A model generated the notes under the pieces. It was not told where the DNA came from, made no database searches, and was given only the letters and a program-made list of their open reading frames with translations. A DNA stretch of 64,000 nt from contig JAJPEP010000053.1 in the NCBI GenBank assembly GCA_021166845.1, positions 28,483 to 92,482 of the forward strand, written 5' to 3'. The DNA is from Thiobacillus sp. GTDB lineage: Bacteria; Pseudomonadota; Gammaproteobacteria; Burkholderiales; Thiobacillaceae. Positions 43,314 through 54,232 of the stretch are shown piece by piece. Numbering within the stretch: the stretch's first letter is position 1; each line of letters begins with the position of its first letter. A program made the translations under genes and the position numbers.

Positions 43314-45113
43314 TTATTTACCGCCGCCCTCCTCGGCCTGCTGCTGCAGCGCCCACATGTGGGCGTACACGCCATTCTTCGCCAGCAGTTCGGGATGGCG
43401 GCCGCGCTCGACGATGCGGCCGTTTTCCATCACCAGGATCTCGTCGGCTTCGTCCACGGTCGACAGGCGGTGGGCGATGATGAGGGTGGTGCGGTCGCGG
43501 GCGATTTCCAGCAGTTCGGCCTGGATGGCTTTTTCGGTCTTGGTGTCGAGCGCGGAGGTGGCCTCGTCCAGTATCAGGATGGCGGGGTTTTTCAGCAGGG
43601 TGCGCGCGATGGCGACGCGCTGCTTCTCGCCGCCCGACAGCTTGAGGCCGCGCTCGCCCACCACGGTGTCCCAGCCCCGCGGCAGGCTTTCGATGAAGTC
43701 CAGGATGTGCGCGGCGCGGGCGGCCTCGATCACCTCGTCGCGGGCGGCGCCGGGGCGGCCGTAGGCGATGTTGTAGTAGATGCTGTCGTTGAACAGCACG
43801 GTGTCCTGCGGCACCACGCCGATGGCGGCGCGCAGGCTGTCCTGCGTGACCTGGCGGATGTCCTGGCCGTCGATGGCGATGCTGCCGGCGCCGACGTCGT
43901 AGAAGCGGAACAGCAGGCGGGCCAGGGTCGACTTGCCGGCCCCGCTCGACCCCACCACGGCCAGCGTCTTGCCGGCCGGAATGGCGAAGCTGACGTCGTG
44001 CAGGATCGGGCGGTCGGGATTGTAGGCAAAGCTCACATGCTCGAATTTCACCGCGCCGGCCGCCACCACGAGCGGCCGCGCATCCTGCGCGTCCTCGACC
44101 TCGCGCGGCCGCTTCAGCAACGCAAACATGCGCTCGACGTCGGTGATCGATTCCTTGATCTGGCGGTACATTACGCCGAGAAAATTCAGCGGCTGGAACA
44201 TCTGCAGCAGGAAGGCGTTGACCATCACCAGGTCGCCCAGGGTCAGCGTGCCGTCGACCACGCCGGCGGCGGCGCGCAGCACCATCAGCGTCACGCCGAT
44301 GGCGATGACGCCGGCCTGCGCCGCATTGAGCATCCCCAGCGAGCGCTGCGATTTGAGCGCCATCCGCTCCCATTCGACGAGGCTGTTGTCGTAGCGCTCG
44401 GCTTCATATTTCTCGTTGCCGAAATATTTGACCGTCTCGTAGTTCAGCAGGCTGTCGATGGCGCGGCCATAGGCCTCGGAATCGAGCGTGTTGGCGCGGC
44501 GCACGAACTGGGTGCGCCATTCGGTGATGGTGATGGTGAAGCCGATGTAGGCAGCCAGGGTGATCAGTGTGATCAGCCCGAACACCCAGTCGAGCCTGAC
44601 GAACAGGATGCCCGCGACCATCAGGATTTCCAGAATGGTCGGCGTGATGCGAAACAGCAGGAAACCGACCAGGCTCGACACCGCCCTGGCGCCGCGCTCG
44701 ATGTCGCGGGTGATGCCGCCGGTCTGGCGCTCCAGGTGAAAACGCAGCGACAGCGCGTGCAGGTGCTGCAGCACCGCCATGCTGATGCGACGCATCGCGC
44801 GTTGCGTGACCTTGGCGAAGATCACATCGCGCAGGTCGGAAAAGGTGGCGCTGGCAAAACGCAACAGGCCGTAGCCGAGAATAAGGGCCAGCGGCAGCAC
44901 CAGTTCCGGGCGCGGCTGGTCGAGCGCGTCGATGATTTCCTTCAGCACCAGCGGCACCGCCACCGAGGCCAGCTTGGCGCCGACCAGCAGCGCCAGCGAC
45001 AGCAGCACACGGCCGCGGAATTCCCACAGGTAAGGAAACAGATGGCTGATGGAGCGCAGGCTGGGTTCGCCGGGCGGCGGTGGCGCGGAGTGGGAATGAA
45101 CGGCGTGGGGCAT
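43314..45113 (-). CDS. Atm1/HMT1-type ABC transporter (fused permease and ATPase)
   Basis: LSLRFHLERQTGG, DSLLNYETVKYF, VGERGLKLSGGEKQR. Confidence 0.93.
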   Translation of the reverse strand: MPHAVHSHSAPPPPGEPSLRSISHLFPYLWEFRGRVLLSLALLVGAKLASVAVPLVLKEIIDALDQPRPELVLPLALILGYGLLRFASATFSDLRDVIFAKVTQRAMRRISMAVLQHLHALSLRFHLERQTGGITRDIERGARAVSSLVGFLLFRITPTILEILMVAGILFVRLDWVFGLITLITLAAYIGFTITITEWRTQFVRRANTLDSEAYGRAIDSLLNYETVKYFGNEKYEAERYDNSLVEWERMALKSQRSLGMLNAAQAGVIAIGVTLMVLRAAAGVVDGTLTLGDLVMVNAFLLQMFQPLNFLGVMYRQIKESITDVERMFALLKRPREVEDAQDARPLVVAAGAVKFEHVSFAYNPDRPILHDVSFAIPAGKTLAVVGSSGAGKSTLARLLFRFYDVGAGSIAIDGQDIRQVTQDSLRAAIGVVPQDTVLFNDSIYYNIAYGRPGAARDEVIEAARAAHILDFIESLPRGWDTVVGERGLKLSGGEKQRVAIARTLLKNPAILILDEATSALDTKTEKAIQAELLEIARDRTTLIIAHRLSTVDEADEILVMENGRIVERGRHPELLAKNGVYAHMWALQQQAEEGGGK

Positions 45114-45192
45114 CAGGTCGGTTAGAATCGCGGCTTGTTTTCCTGATTTTACGTCCATGCGCAGCGGATTCAGGCGCGGACGACCGAACGGC

Positions 45193-45540
45193 ATGAAGCT
45201 CTACGGCATTCCCAACTGCACCACGGTGAAGAAAGCGCGCGCCTGGCTCGCCGGGCACGCGCTTGAGGTCACCTTCCACGACTTCAAAAAACAGGGCGTC
45301 GACGCCGCGTGGCTGCGCAAGGTCGCGGCGCAAACCGGCTGGCAGGCGCTGCTCAACATGCGCGGCACCACCTGGCGCAAGCTGCCGGATGCGGAAAAGG
45401 CCGCCGTCACCGACGAGGCCAGCGCGATTGCATTCATGATTTCGCAGCCCAGCGTGATCAAACGGCCGGTGCTGGAGCGCGACGGCCGTTATCATCTCGG
45501 CTTTGCCGAAGACCACTATCAAGCCATTTTTGGAGAATGA
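45193..45540 (+). CDS. ArsC/Spx family protein (YffB-like)
   Basis: YGIPNCTTVKKAR, IKRPVL; upstream of dapE. Confidence 0.9.
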   Translation: MKLYGIPNCTTVKKARAWLAGHALEVTFHDFKKQGVDAAWLRKVAAQTGWQALLNMRGTTWRKLPDAEKAAVTDEASAIAFMISQPSVIKRPVLERDGRYHLGFAEDHYQAIFGE

Positions 45541-46707
<1,167 letters not shown>

Positions 46708-46772
46708 AATCGGATAAACCGTTTTTTTATCCGTGTTTACCCCGGATTGTTCATTCGGGCGAGATGCTTTGG

Positions 46773-46828
46773 GTAGGGTGCACTCCGTGCACCTTCGGGC
46801 GTCAATCGGTGCACGGAGTGCACCCTAC
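46773..46828. repeat. REP doublet (GTAG-type)
   Basis: Same 21-bp unit as at 9220, in inverted orientation with a 14-bp spacer. Confidence 0.85.
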
Positions 46829-46873
46829 GTTTTACTTCGCGTGCCTTCGCGGATCAATTTTTTGAAAACTTAA

Positions 46874-47767
46874 ATGAAACACTTCGACGACACCGAATCT
46901 CTCATCACCGTTCGCGACTGGCTGCGTTTCGCGGTGTCGCGCTTCAACGAATCCAGGCTGTTTTTCGGCCACGGCTCGGACAATGCCTTCGACGAAGCCG
47001 CTTATCTGATCCTGCATACCCTGCATCTGCCGCTCGACCGGCTGGAGCCCTTCCTCGACGCCAGCCTGACGCATGGCGAATCGGAGGAGGTTCAGGCGGT
47101 GCTCGAGCGCCGGGTGCGTGAGCGCCTGCCGGCGGCATATCTCACCCGCGAGGCCTGGCTGGGCGAGCACCGTTTCTATGTCGACGAACGGGTGATCGTG
47201 CCGCGTTCCTTCATCGCCGAACTGCTGCGAGAGCAGCTGGCGCCGTGGGTTGAAGCGCCGGACGAAGTCACGCGCGCGCTGGACCTGTGCACCGGATCGG
47301 GCTGCCTCGCCATCCTGGCGGCACTGGCCTTCCCCAACGCCGAAGTCGATGCGGTGGATTTGTCGGCCGATGCGCTGGAAGTCGCCGCGAAAAACGTCGC
47401 CGAGTACGGCCTCGCGGACCGCATCGAGCTGATCGAGTCGGACCTGTTCGCGGCGCTGGACGGCCGCACCTACGACGTCATCCTCAGCAACCCGCCCTAC
47501 GTGAATGCCGAATCGGTGGCGGCGCTGCCGCCGGAATATCTGGCGGAGCCAGCGCTGGCGCTGGGCTCGGGCGAGGACGGCCTGGATGCCACGCGGCAAA
47601 TTCTCGCTCAGGCCAAGTCCCATCTCAACCCCGGCGGCCTGCTGGTGGTCGAAATCGGCCACAACCGCGACGTCCTCGAAGCCGCCTACCCCGCCCTGCC
47701 CTTCACCTGGCTCGACACCGAAAGCGGCGACCAGTTCGTGTTCATGCTGCGGCGCGAAGACCTGTAA
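46874..47767 (+). CDS. prmB: Ribosomal protein L3 N5-glutamine methyltransferase
   Basis: FFGHGSDNAFDEA, PRSFIAEL, LDLCTGSG, SNPPYV. Confidence 0.95.
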   Translation: MKHFDDTESLITVRDWLRFAVSRFNESRLFFGHGSDNAFDEAAYLILHTLHLPLDRLEPFLDASLTHGESEEVQAVLERRVRERLPAAYLTREAWLGEHRFYVDERVIVPRSFIAELLREQLAPWVEAPDEVTRALDLCTGSGCLAILAALAFPNAEVDAVDLSADALEVAAKNVAEYGLADRIELIESDLFAALDGRTYDVILSNPPYVNAESVAALPPEYLAEPALALGSGEDGLDATRQILAQAKSHLNPGGLLVVEIGHNRDVLEAAYPALPFTWLDTESGDQFVFMLRREDL

Positions 47768-47949
47768 GCCGGATCGTTCCACCAACCCGTGCAGCTTGGG
47801 CTGCAAAGCCCAGTCTCTTTGGCATTGCCCGGTTATGTGCGGAGGGCGCGCCAGCGTATGCGATGAATGCAAGATGAACAGCGGATTCAACATCTGTTCA
47901 GGTCGGCTCCGGCAAAGTGATGTTTGTCACCCCCAAGCCGGAGCCTCTA

Positions 47950-48225
47950 ATGCTCAAATACAAAAAACACTACTTCCCGGTCATCGGATTGCTCGGGCTG
48001 TTAGCCGTCAATGCCAATGCCGCATCCCCCCAAGTCGAGTCCTGCGAACAAATCAGGCTGCAAATCAAGGCGCAAACGGGCGTGCTGCCCAAGCCGGACA
48101 CCACCATGCTGGAAAAGCTGGACGCACAGCCGGAATGTCGTTTCTCGACGGCCGAGGTGTATCAGGCCGCCTTTGGTGACAAACCGATACCGAAAAAAGA
48201 GCATCGCGACGACGATGACGACTGA
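47950..48225 (+). CDS. Small secreted protein with two Cys and an acidic tail
   Basis: Signal peptide ending ANA-A; C-terminal HRDDDDD. Confidence 0.75.
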   Translation: MLKYKKHYFPVIGLLGLLAVNANAASPQVESCEQIRLQIKAQTGVLPKPDTTMLEKLDAQPECRFSTAEVYQAAFGDKPIPKKEHRDDDDD

Positions 48226-48310
48226 AATGCGGACGCGGCCATCCCACGGAAAGTCGACCTTGCAGAAGAAATCCCCCGCAAGCCTGTCTTAGGTTGTTGT
48301 AGGCTGAAAC

Positions 48311-49576
48311 ATGACCTCGCTCTCCCTATTGCTTTGGATCGCATTCGGTATCGTGCTGCAGCTGGCGCTGTGGCTCGGCATCACCTTCTGGCGCCATTGG
48401 CTGGATTACCTGGCCTTGCGCAGTCGTGGGCCGGCGTTGCACGTGCCCGCAGGGGAGGACGCACTCCGGGCGCCCGAAGAAATCGGCGTTGGCCCCAGGC
48501 AGGATTTCCGGACATTCAGGGTCGAGCGCAAGGTCGTCGAGGATGCCGCGCGCTCGGTCTGCTCGTTCCACCTTGTGCCCGAAGACGGGCAGCCGTTGCC
48601 CCCATTCCTGCCAGGACAATTTCTGACGTTTCGCCTCGACGCTCCTGCGTCAACGGGAGACAGCGAGCAGATCATCCGCTGCTATTCGCTGTCGGATGCG
48701 CCCTGCCCCGATTCCTACCGCGTAACGATCAAGCGGGTGCCTGCCCCCCTGGGCAGCGATTTTCCGCCGGGGCGTTCATCGAACTACTTCCATGACCGGG
48801 TTACGGCCGGCACGCTTTTGCAGGTACGTGCACCGTCCGGTCACTTTCACATCGACCGCGGCGATACCCCGGTGGTGCTGGTCGCCGGTGGCATCGGCAT
48901 CACGCCGATGCTGAGCATGCTGAACTGGTGCCTGGCCAACCAGCCGGGACGCGAGCTATGGCTGTTCTATGGGGTGCGCGATGGCCGGGAGCTGGTGATG
49001 AAGGCCCATCTCGAAGCACTGGCAGCCGAACATCCGAATTTTCATCTGCGGCTGTGCTTCAGCAATCCGCTGCCGGAAGAGGTCGCTGGGCGCGATTACC
49101 ACCACCGGGGCCGCATCGATGTCGGCCTGTTGCGCATGCAGCTGCCATTCAAGCCCTATCACTTTTACATCTGCGGCCCCACCCCGATGATGGAAAGCCT
49201 GGTGCCGGCGCTGGAGGCGTGGGGGGTGCCGGATTCGCACATCCACTTCGAGGCGTTCGGGCCGGCATCGATCAAGCGCAAGCAGGCCCAGACGGCCCCG
49301 GTTGCCGAAGCGGCGGACAGCGGCATCGTCGTGACCTTCGCCAGGTCGGGCAAACAGGTGCCGTGGCGGTCCGATGCAGGCAACCTGCTCGAATTCGCCG
49401 AGGCCAATGGCATCGCCGCCAATTCCGGCTGCCGGGCGGGAAGCTGCGGGACCTGCCAAACGGCGATCCGGACCGGCGAGGTATCCTACCGTGAGCCGCC
49501 GGATTTCGATCCCGAGCCAGGCAGCTGCCTGCTCTGTGTTGGCGTTCCCCGCACGAGTGTGACCCTGGAGGCATAG
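48311..49576 (+). CDS. Membrane-anchored FAD/NAD(P)-binding reductase with C-terminal 2Fe-2S domain
   Basis: N-terminal TM, RCYSLS, AGGIGITP, YICGP, CRAGSCGTC...C. Confidence 0.9.
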   Translation: MTSLSLLLWIAFGIVLQLALWLGITFWRHWLDYLALRSRGPALHVPAGEDALRAPEEIGVGPRQDFRTFRVERKVVEDAARSVCSFHLVPEDGQPLPPFLPGQFLTFRLDAPASTGDSEQIIRCYSLSDAPCPDSYRVTIKRVPAPLGSDFPPGRSSNYFHDRVTAGTLLQVRAPSGHFHIDRGDTPVVLVAGGIGITPMLSMLNWCLANQPGRELWLFYGVRDGRELVMKAHLEALAAEHPNFHLRLCFSNPLPEEVAGRDYHHRGRIDVGLLRMQLPFKPYHFYICGPTPMMESLVPALEAWGVPDSHIHFEAFGPASIKRKQAQTAPVAEAADSGIVVTFARSGKQVPWRSDAGNLLEFAEANGIAANSGCRAGSCGTCQTAIRTGEVSYREPPDFDPEPGSCLLCVGVPRTSVTLEA

Positions 49577-50155
49577 ATGACATCCTCGCTCTGGCGCCAA
49601 TATATTCTGCCCTTCACCGTGCTGCTGGGTCTGCTCGCCGCGGGCACCCTGGCCGGCGATTACCTGCTGCATCGCCTGAATCTCGTCTGGATCGGCCGCT
49701 ATCTCGGCATCCCAGGCACGCTGCTGATCATCGGCTCGCTGGTTTATTCGCTGCGCAAGCGCAAGTTCATCACGGCGGGCAATCCGAAAACCCTGCTGAC
49801 CCTGCACGAGATCGGCACCTGGCTTGGGTCTTTGATGGTGCTGCTCCATGCCGGCGTGCATTTCAATGCCATCCTGCCCTGGCTGGCCACCGTCGCCATG
49901 GGGGTGAATGTGATCAGCGGCATGGTCGGCAAGCTGCTGCTTGCCCGGTCGCGCAGCTACGTGCAGGCGCAGCGTGAGCAATATCAGCTGGGGGGCCTGT
50001 CGCGTCCCGAGGTGGAACGGGCCGTATTCTGGAATGCGGTGACACTCGATGCCATGGCCAAATGGCGGAAGGTGCATATTCCGATCTTCATCGTTTTTGC
50101 GGTGCTGTCGCTGGGCCACATCATCAGCATCTTCCTGTTCTGGGGCTGGGTATGA
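49577..50155 (+). CDS. Integral membrane protein, possible diheme cytochrome b
   Basis: Paired His in TM helices: LHEIGTWLGSLMVLLHAG and VHIPIFIVFAVLSLGHI. Confidence 0.7.
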   Translation: MTSSLWRQYILPFTVLLGLLAAGTLAGDYLLHRLNLVWIGRYLGIPGTLLIIGSLVYSLRKRKFITAGNPKTLLTLHEIGTWLGSLMVLLHAGVHFNAILPWLATVAMGVNVISGMVGKLLLARSRSYVQAQREQYQLGGLSRPEVERAVFWNAVTLDAMAKWRKVHIPIFIVFAVLSLGHIISIFLFWGWV

Positions 50156-50892
50156 GCCGAATCCTCAAGATCATTCTGGCCGTCAACCTGATCGTGATCG
50201 CGGTTCTGGCGTTCGCCTGGCCGCACCTGATGGTTAGTCCGGGCAAGCTGATTCCCGGCCACGCGAAACTGGAGACGGATTGCTTTGCCTGCCATGCACC
50301 TTTGCTCGGAGCGAAGTCGAAACGCTGCATTTCCTGCCATGAGACGGAACAGATCGGGCGTCTGACGACAGCAGGCCTGCCCATCAAAAAGCCGCTCACC
50401 TCCGTGCCGTTCCACCAGGAGCTGACCAGCCAGGACTGCGTGGTCTGCCATAGCGATCACTCAGGGGTAAAACGCTACCGGCAACGTGGACAGTTCAAGC
50501 ACGCCCTGTTGCAGAAGGCGACGCTTGATCAGTGCCAGTCGTGTCACAAGGCGCCCGTCGATCCGCTGCACGAACAGATCAGCGGAACCTGCAGCCAGTG
50601 TCACAGCCAGGAGAAGTGGACGCCCGCGACCTTCGATCACGACAAGTATTTCGCGCTCGACCGCGACCACACGACCCGCTGCGTGGTCTGCCATGTGCGC
50701 AACGATTATCGGCGCTATACCTGTTACGGCTGCCATGAGCACACGCCAGGCGACATCCGCCGCGAGCACATCGAGGAAGGCGTTCGCGATTTCAAGAATT
50801 GCGTCGAGTGCCACCGCAACGCAAACGAGGATGACATTCGCGGTGAATTTGGAAGGTTCAGAAAAGAAGGCGGCGAGGAGGACGACGATTGA
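50152..50892 (+). CDS. Octaheme cytochrome c (class III-like)
   Basis: 8 CxxCH motifs; N-terminal signal/anchor; ATGA overlap with the upstream gene. Confidence 0.9.
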   Translation: MSRILKIILAVNLIVIAVLAFAWPHLMVSPGKLIPGHAKLETDCFACHAPLLGAKSKRCISCHETEQIGRLTTAGLPIKKPLTSVPFHQELTSQDCVVCHSDHSGVKRYRQRGQFKHALLQKATLDQCQSCHKAPVDPLHEQISGTCSQCHSQEKWTPATFDHDKYFALDRDHTTRCVVCHVRNDYRRYTCYGCHEHTPGDIRREHIEEGVRDFKNCVECHRNANEDDIRGEFGRFRKEGGEEDDD

Positions 50893-50936
50893 GCGTGTCG
50901 GCCTTGGTTCATTCCGCCATGCGGGTGACGCCCGCC

Positions 50937-52286
50937 TCAACCGTTGGCCGGGAAGCGCACCCTGACGCCGAGCCCCCTGCCTTCCAGGCCCTCGCCGAAG
51001 GTCAGTTCGGCGCCATGCAGTTCCGCGATGCGTCGCGCGATGGACAAGCCGAGGCCGACGCCCTCGACAGCTTGGTTGCCAAAGCGATGAAAGCGCTGGC
51101 CGAGCATATCCCGCTCCGCCACCGCCACGCCGGGGCCATTGTCCGCCACCGTCAACACCACGCGTCCGCCCTCCCGGGCCAGGCCCGCCCGCACTCTGCC
51201 GGCGTCGGGCACGTAGCGAATGGCGTTGTCGATCAGGTTGCGCAGCAATACCCGCAGCAGTTCGGCATTGCCGGCCAGCACGCAGTCCGGTTCAGTGTCG
51301 ATCTTTACCTGGATGCCCCTGGACTCGGCCTGGGGCGCCAGCCCGGCAACCACCTCATGAAGCAGGTCATCGAGGTTCACGTTCGCATCCGGCTTGTCGG
51401 CGGTCTCCGCCTCCAGCCTGGCGAGGGCCAGCAGCTGCGCCACCAGATGCGTCATTCGGCCGGTTCCGCGCAGGGCCTTGGCGATGGCCGCCTGCCGTTC
51501 TTCCGGGTCCGGCGTGCGCTCGGCCACCTGCAGCTGGGCGCGCAGGGCCGCGATCGGCGTGCGCAGTTCGTGGGCCGCATCGCTGGTGAAACGGCGCTCC
51601 TTGTCCATGGCCATGCGAATGCGTCCGAAAAGCTGGTTCATGGCGCGGACAGGCGGCCGGAGTTCCCTCGGCAACCCGGCTTCCGGCAGTTCGTCGAGGC
51701 GTTGCGGGTCGCGCGCGGAAAGGTCGGCTGCCAGGGCATGCAAGGGTTTGAGCCCCCGGCGGATGGCCAGCAGCAGCAACACGGCCAGGATCGGCACCGC
51801 CAGCAGGTAAGGCGACATGTTGCTCAGCGCGATCTGGCTTGCCAGTTCCTGGTGGATATGCAGATCGTGGGCCGCCAGGACGACGTAGCCATTGTCGCCC
51901 TTTGCCACGTAAAAGCGCCATGCATGCCCCGCCAGGGTGACTTCCGAATAGTCGGACGGTTTCACGCCCTGCGGCCATTGGTGGGGCGCCTCAGGGGAGC
52001 GGAGCATCAGGCGGGGAGCGCCCTTCATGTCCCAGATCTGGAACATCAGCTTGCTCTGGTAGGGATGGGCCTTGATATCCGGCAGCCGCACCTCGTCATC
52101 CCGCCCCTCGTGGGCGAGGGAGAGCATGATCTGGGCGTACTGGACCAGCTGGGCATCGAGCAATTCATCGGCCTCGTGCAGCGCCCGCCGATAGCCGGTC
52201 CATCCGCTCACCAGTTCGACGGCCAGCAGCGCCCCCAGCACCAGCAGGATCAGGCGCGACTGGATGGAAGGCGGTCGGGTCGTCAT
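50937..52286 (-). CDS. QseC/PmrB-like sensor histidine kinase
   Basis: DAAHELRTP, NLIDNAIRY, DNGPG, GLGLSI. Confidence 0.92.
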   Translation of the reverse strand: MTTRPPSIQSRLILLVLGALLAVELVSGWTGYRRALHEADELLDAQLVQYAQIMLSLAHEGRDDEVRLPDIKAHPYQSKLMFQIWDMKGAPRLMLRSPEAPHQWPQGVKPSDYSEVTLAGHAWRFYVAKGDNGYVVLAAHDLHIHQELASQIALSNMSPYLLAVPILAVLLLLAIRRGLKPLHALAADLSARDPQRLDELPEAGLPRELRPPVRAMNQLFGRIRMAMDKERRFTSDAAHELRTPIAALRAQLQVAERTPDPEERQAAIAKALRGTGRMTHLVAQLLALARLEAETADKPDANVNLDDLLHEVVAGLAPQAESRGIQVKIDTEPDCVLAGNAELLRVLLRNLIDNAIRYVPDAGRVRAGLAREGGRVVLTVADNGPGVAVAERDMLGQRFHRFGNQAVEGVGLGLSIARRIAELHGAELTFGEGLEGRGLGVRVRFPANG

Positions 52287-52290
52287 GGCT

Positions 52291-52944
52291 TCACTCCATT
52301 AAATAGCCGACACCCCGAACGGTGCGGATCAGGTCCGCCCCGAGCTTGCGGCGCAGGTGGTGGATGTGGACCTCGACCACATTGGATTCCGCCCCCTCCC
52401 CCCAGCCATAGAGCGCGGATTCCAGCTGGGCGCGCGAAATCACCTTGCCCACGTTGCGCATCAGCATTTCCAGGATGGCAAACTCCCTGGCAGATACCTC
52501 CGCTGGCTGGCCGAGCACGCGAATGCGCCGGGCGGCGGGATCCAGTTCCACATCCCTGAACTTCAGCAGGGGCGCGCGCGTGCCAGCGCCCCTGCGGGTC
52601 AGGGCCCGCAGGCGGGCGGCCAGTTCATCCAGGTCCACGGGCTTGACCAGGTAGTCGTCGGCGCCGCTATCCAGCCCGCCCACCTTGTCCCAGGTGGTAT
52701 CCCGCGCGGTCAGGATCAGGACGGGGATGGCATTGCCTTCCGCCCGCAGCAGGCGCAATACAGCCATGCCGTCCAGGCGCGGCAGGCCGAGATCGAGCAC
52801 CAGCGCGGCATAGTCCTCCGTCGCCAGCGCCGCACGGGCGGATTCGCCGTCCCGCAACCAGTCGACGTTGTAGCCGCAATGGCGAAGGCCGGCGGCGAGC
52901 CCGTCACCGAGAAGTTCATCGTCTTCCACCAACAGGATGCGCAT
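52291..52944 (-). CDS. QseB/PmrA-like OmpR-family response regulator
   Basis: MRILLVEDD, LDLGLP, GADDYLVKP, RTVRGVGY. Confidence 0.93.
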   Translation of the reverse strand: MRILLVEDDELLGDGLAAGLRHCGYNVDWLRDGESARAALATEDYAALVLDLGLPRLDGMAVLRLLRAEGNAIPVLILTARDTTWDKVGGLDSGADDYLVKPVDLDELAARLRALTRRGAGTRAPLLKFRDVELDPAARRIRVLGQPAEVSAREFAILEMLMRNVGKVISRAQLESALYGWGEGAESNVVEVHIHHLRRKLGADLIRTVRGVGYLME

Positions 52945-52989
52945 GGCTTTCTTCAGGAAATCGATCGAATCCGGATTATCCACGCCTGG

Positions 52990-53006
52990 CTTACGCCTCG
53001 CTTAAG
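52990..53006. promoter_or_regulatory. Putative QseB/PmrA-type direct-repeat box
   Basis: CTTACG-N5-CTTAAG; a similar ATAAAG-N5-ATTAAG lies at 53106-53122. Confidence 0.5.
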
Positions 53007-53128
53007 GTCATGCAGAAGAATGGGCAGACTGCCGATCACTGGAACCTTTTCTCTCTGGCTTCGTTTAACGAGGATGCGGCAATTTGCCACAATGCACTTG
53101 CCAAAATAAAGCGTAAATTAAGGTCCGT

Positions 53129-53890
53129 ATGGCGTTGCTATCTCAACAAACATCCGCAGCAATCAATATTGCTGGACCTTGCCCCAACAAACCTGCCAGC
53201 GATCGTTGCACGACCTGCATCCTCGACAGTTCCGATTATTTCAGCGCCCTGAGTCTGGAAGTGAAGCGCGCCCTGCAGGAATTTCTGCAGTTCAAGTCCT
53301 TCGATCGCCGCGCCCTGCTTTATCGGGAAGGACGTTCCGGAGAAAACCTGTTCATTCTGATGTCGGGCGAGGTCAAGGTCTACAAGTCCCTGTCCAATGG
53401 GCGCCAGCAGATTCACAAGCTGGCCGTCATCCCCGGCGATCTGATCGCCTGTGAGGACATCTACCTCGACAAGTACAGCAGCTCGGCCGAGGCCATCAGC
53501 CCGGTCACCGTCTGCTACCTGCCGAAAGCGCATTTGCAGAGTGTCATCAGCCGTCACCGGGAGGTTCCGGACGCCCTGATGCGCTCCATGGCGCGCAACC
53601 TCAATTCCTATATCCGCAACATCGCAAATCTGGGCCAGAAAAATGCGCTGGAGCGGGTTGCGTCCTACCTGCTGTTCCTGTACGAAACCCACCATGAACG
53701 CAATCTGCACAGCGAGGAGTTGCGCGAATCCCTGACCCGCACCGAACTGGCCGACATGATTGGCGTAACCCAGCGCACCCTGATCCGCGGTCTGAAGAAA
53801 CTTGAAAGCGACAAGGTCATCGCCCTGGTCAAAGATGGCTTCCGCATCCTCGATCAAAAGACCCTGGAATACCTGAGCGCGGGCGGCTGA
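53129..53890 (+). CDS. Crp/Fnr family transcriptional regulator with N-terminal Cys cluster
   Basis: CPNKPASDRCTTC, cNMP-binding fold, HTH TRTELADMIGVTQRTLIR. Confidence 0.9.
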   Translation: MALLSQQTSAAINIAGPCPNKPASDRCTTCILDSSDYFSALSLEVKRALQEFLQFKSFDRRALLYREGRSGENLFILMSGEVKVYKSLSNGRQQIHKLAVIPGDLIACEDIYLDKYSSSAEAISPVTVCYLPKAHLQSVISRHREVPDALMRSMARNLNSYIRNIANLGQKNALERVASYLLFLYETHHERNLHSEELRESLTRTELADMIGVTQRTLIRGLKKLESDKVIALVKDGFRILDQKTLEYLSAGG

Positions 53891-54042
53891 GCCCCGGCTT
53901 CAGGCGCAACCCATTGCGGACCCGGTCCGCATCTCTCCCAAACGAGGCGGACGTTCCTCCCCCGCCCCCTTCGCGTCCTGGCGTCTGCGGAATCGCATTC
54001 CGCGATCTCATCGCCGCCTTATTCCGCAAATTTTTTCTCGGG

Positions 54043-54137
54043 CTTAAAAAACCTTAAAGAAAGCGTCTCCGCTGACATTTGTCATCGTCACAGCTTCGCA
54101 AAATTTTTAGTATTAAAAACACTTAAGGGGACTTAAG
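54043..54137 (+). promoter_or_regulatory. AT-rich promoter with phased (C/A)TTAA repeats and a TGACA-N2-TGTCA palindrome
   Basis: CTTAA at 54043 and 54053; ATTAAA/CTTAAG/CTTAAG at 54112, 54122 and 54132; palindrome at 54073-54084. Confidence 0.55.
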
Positions 54138-54232
54138 AAAAATCCAATAAAAAATCCGCGCCGCCGGCCAGCCTTTTGACGGAGAAGCGCTTGCCGGCGG
54201 TTTCATCGCAACGATTTGAGGAACAGGTTCAC

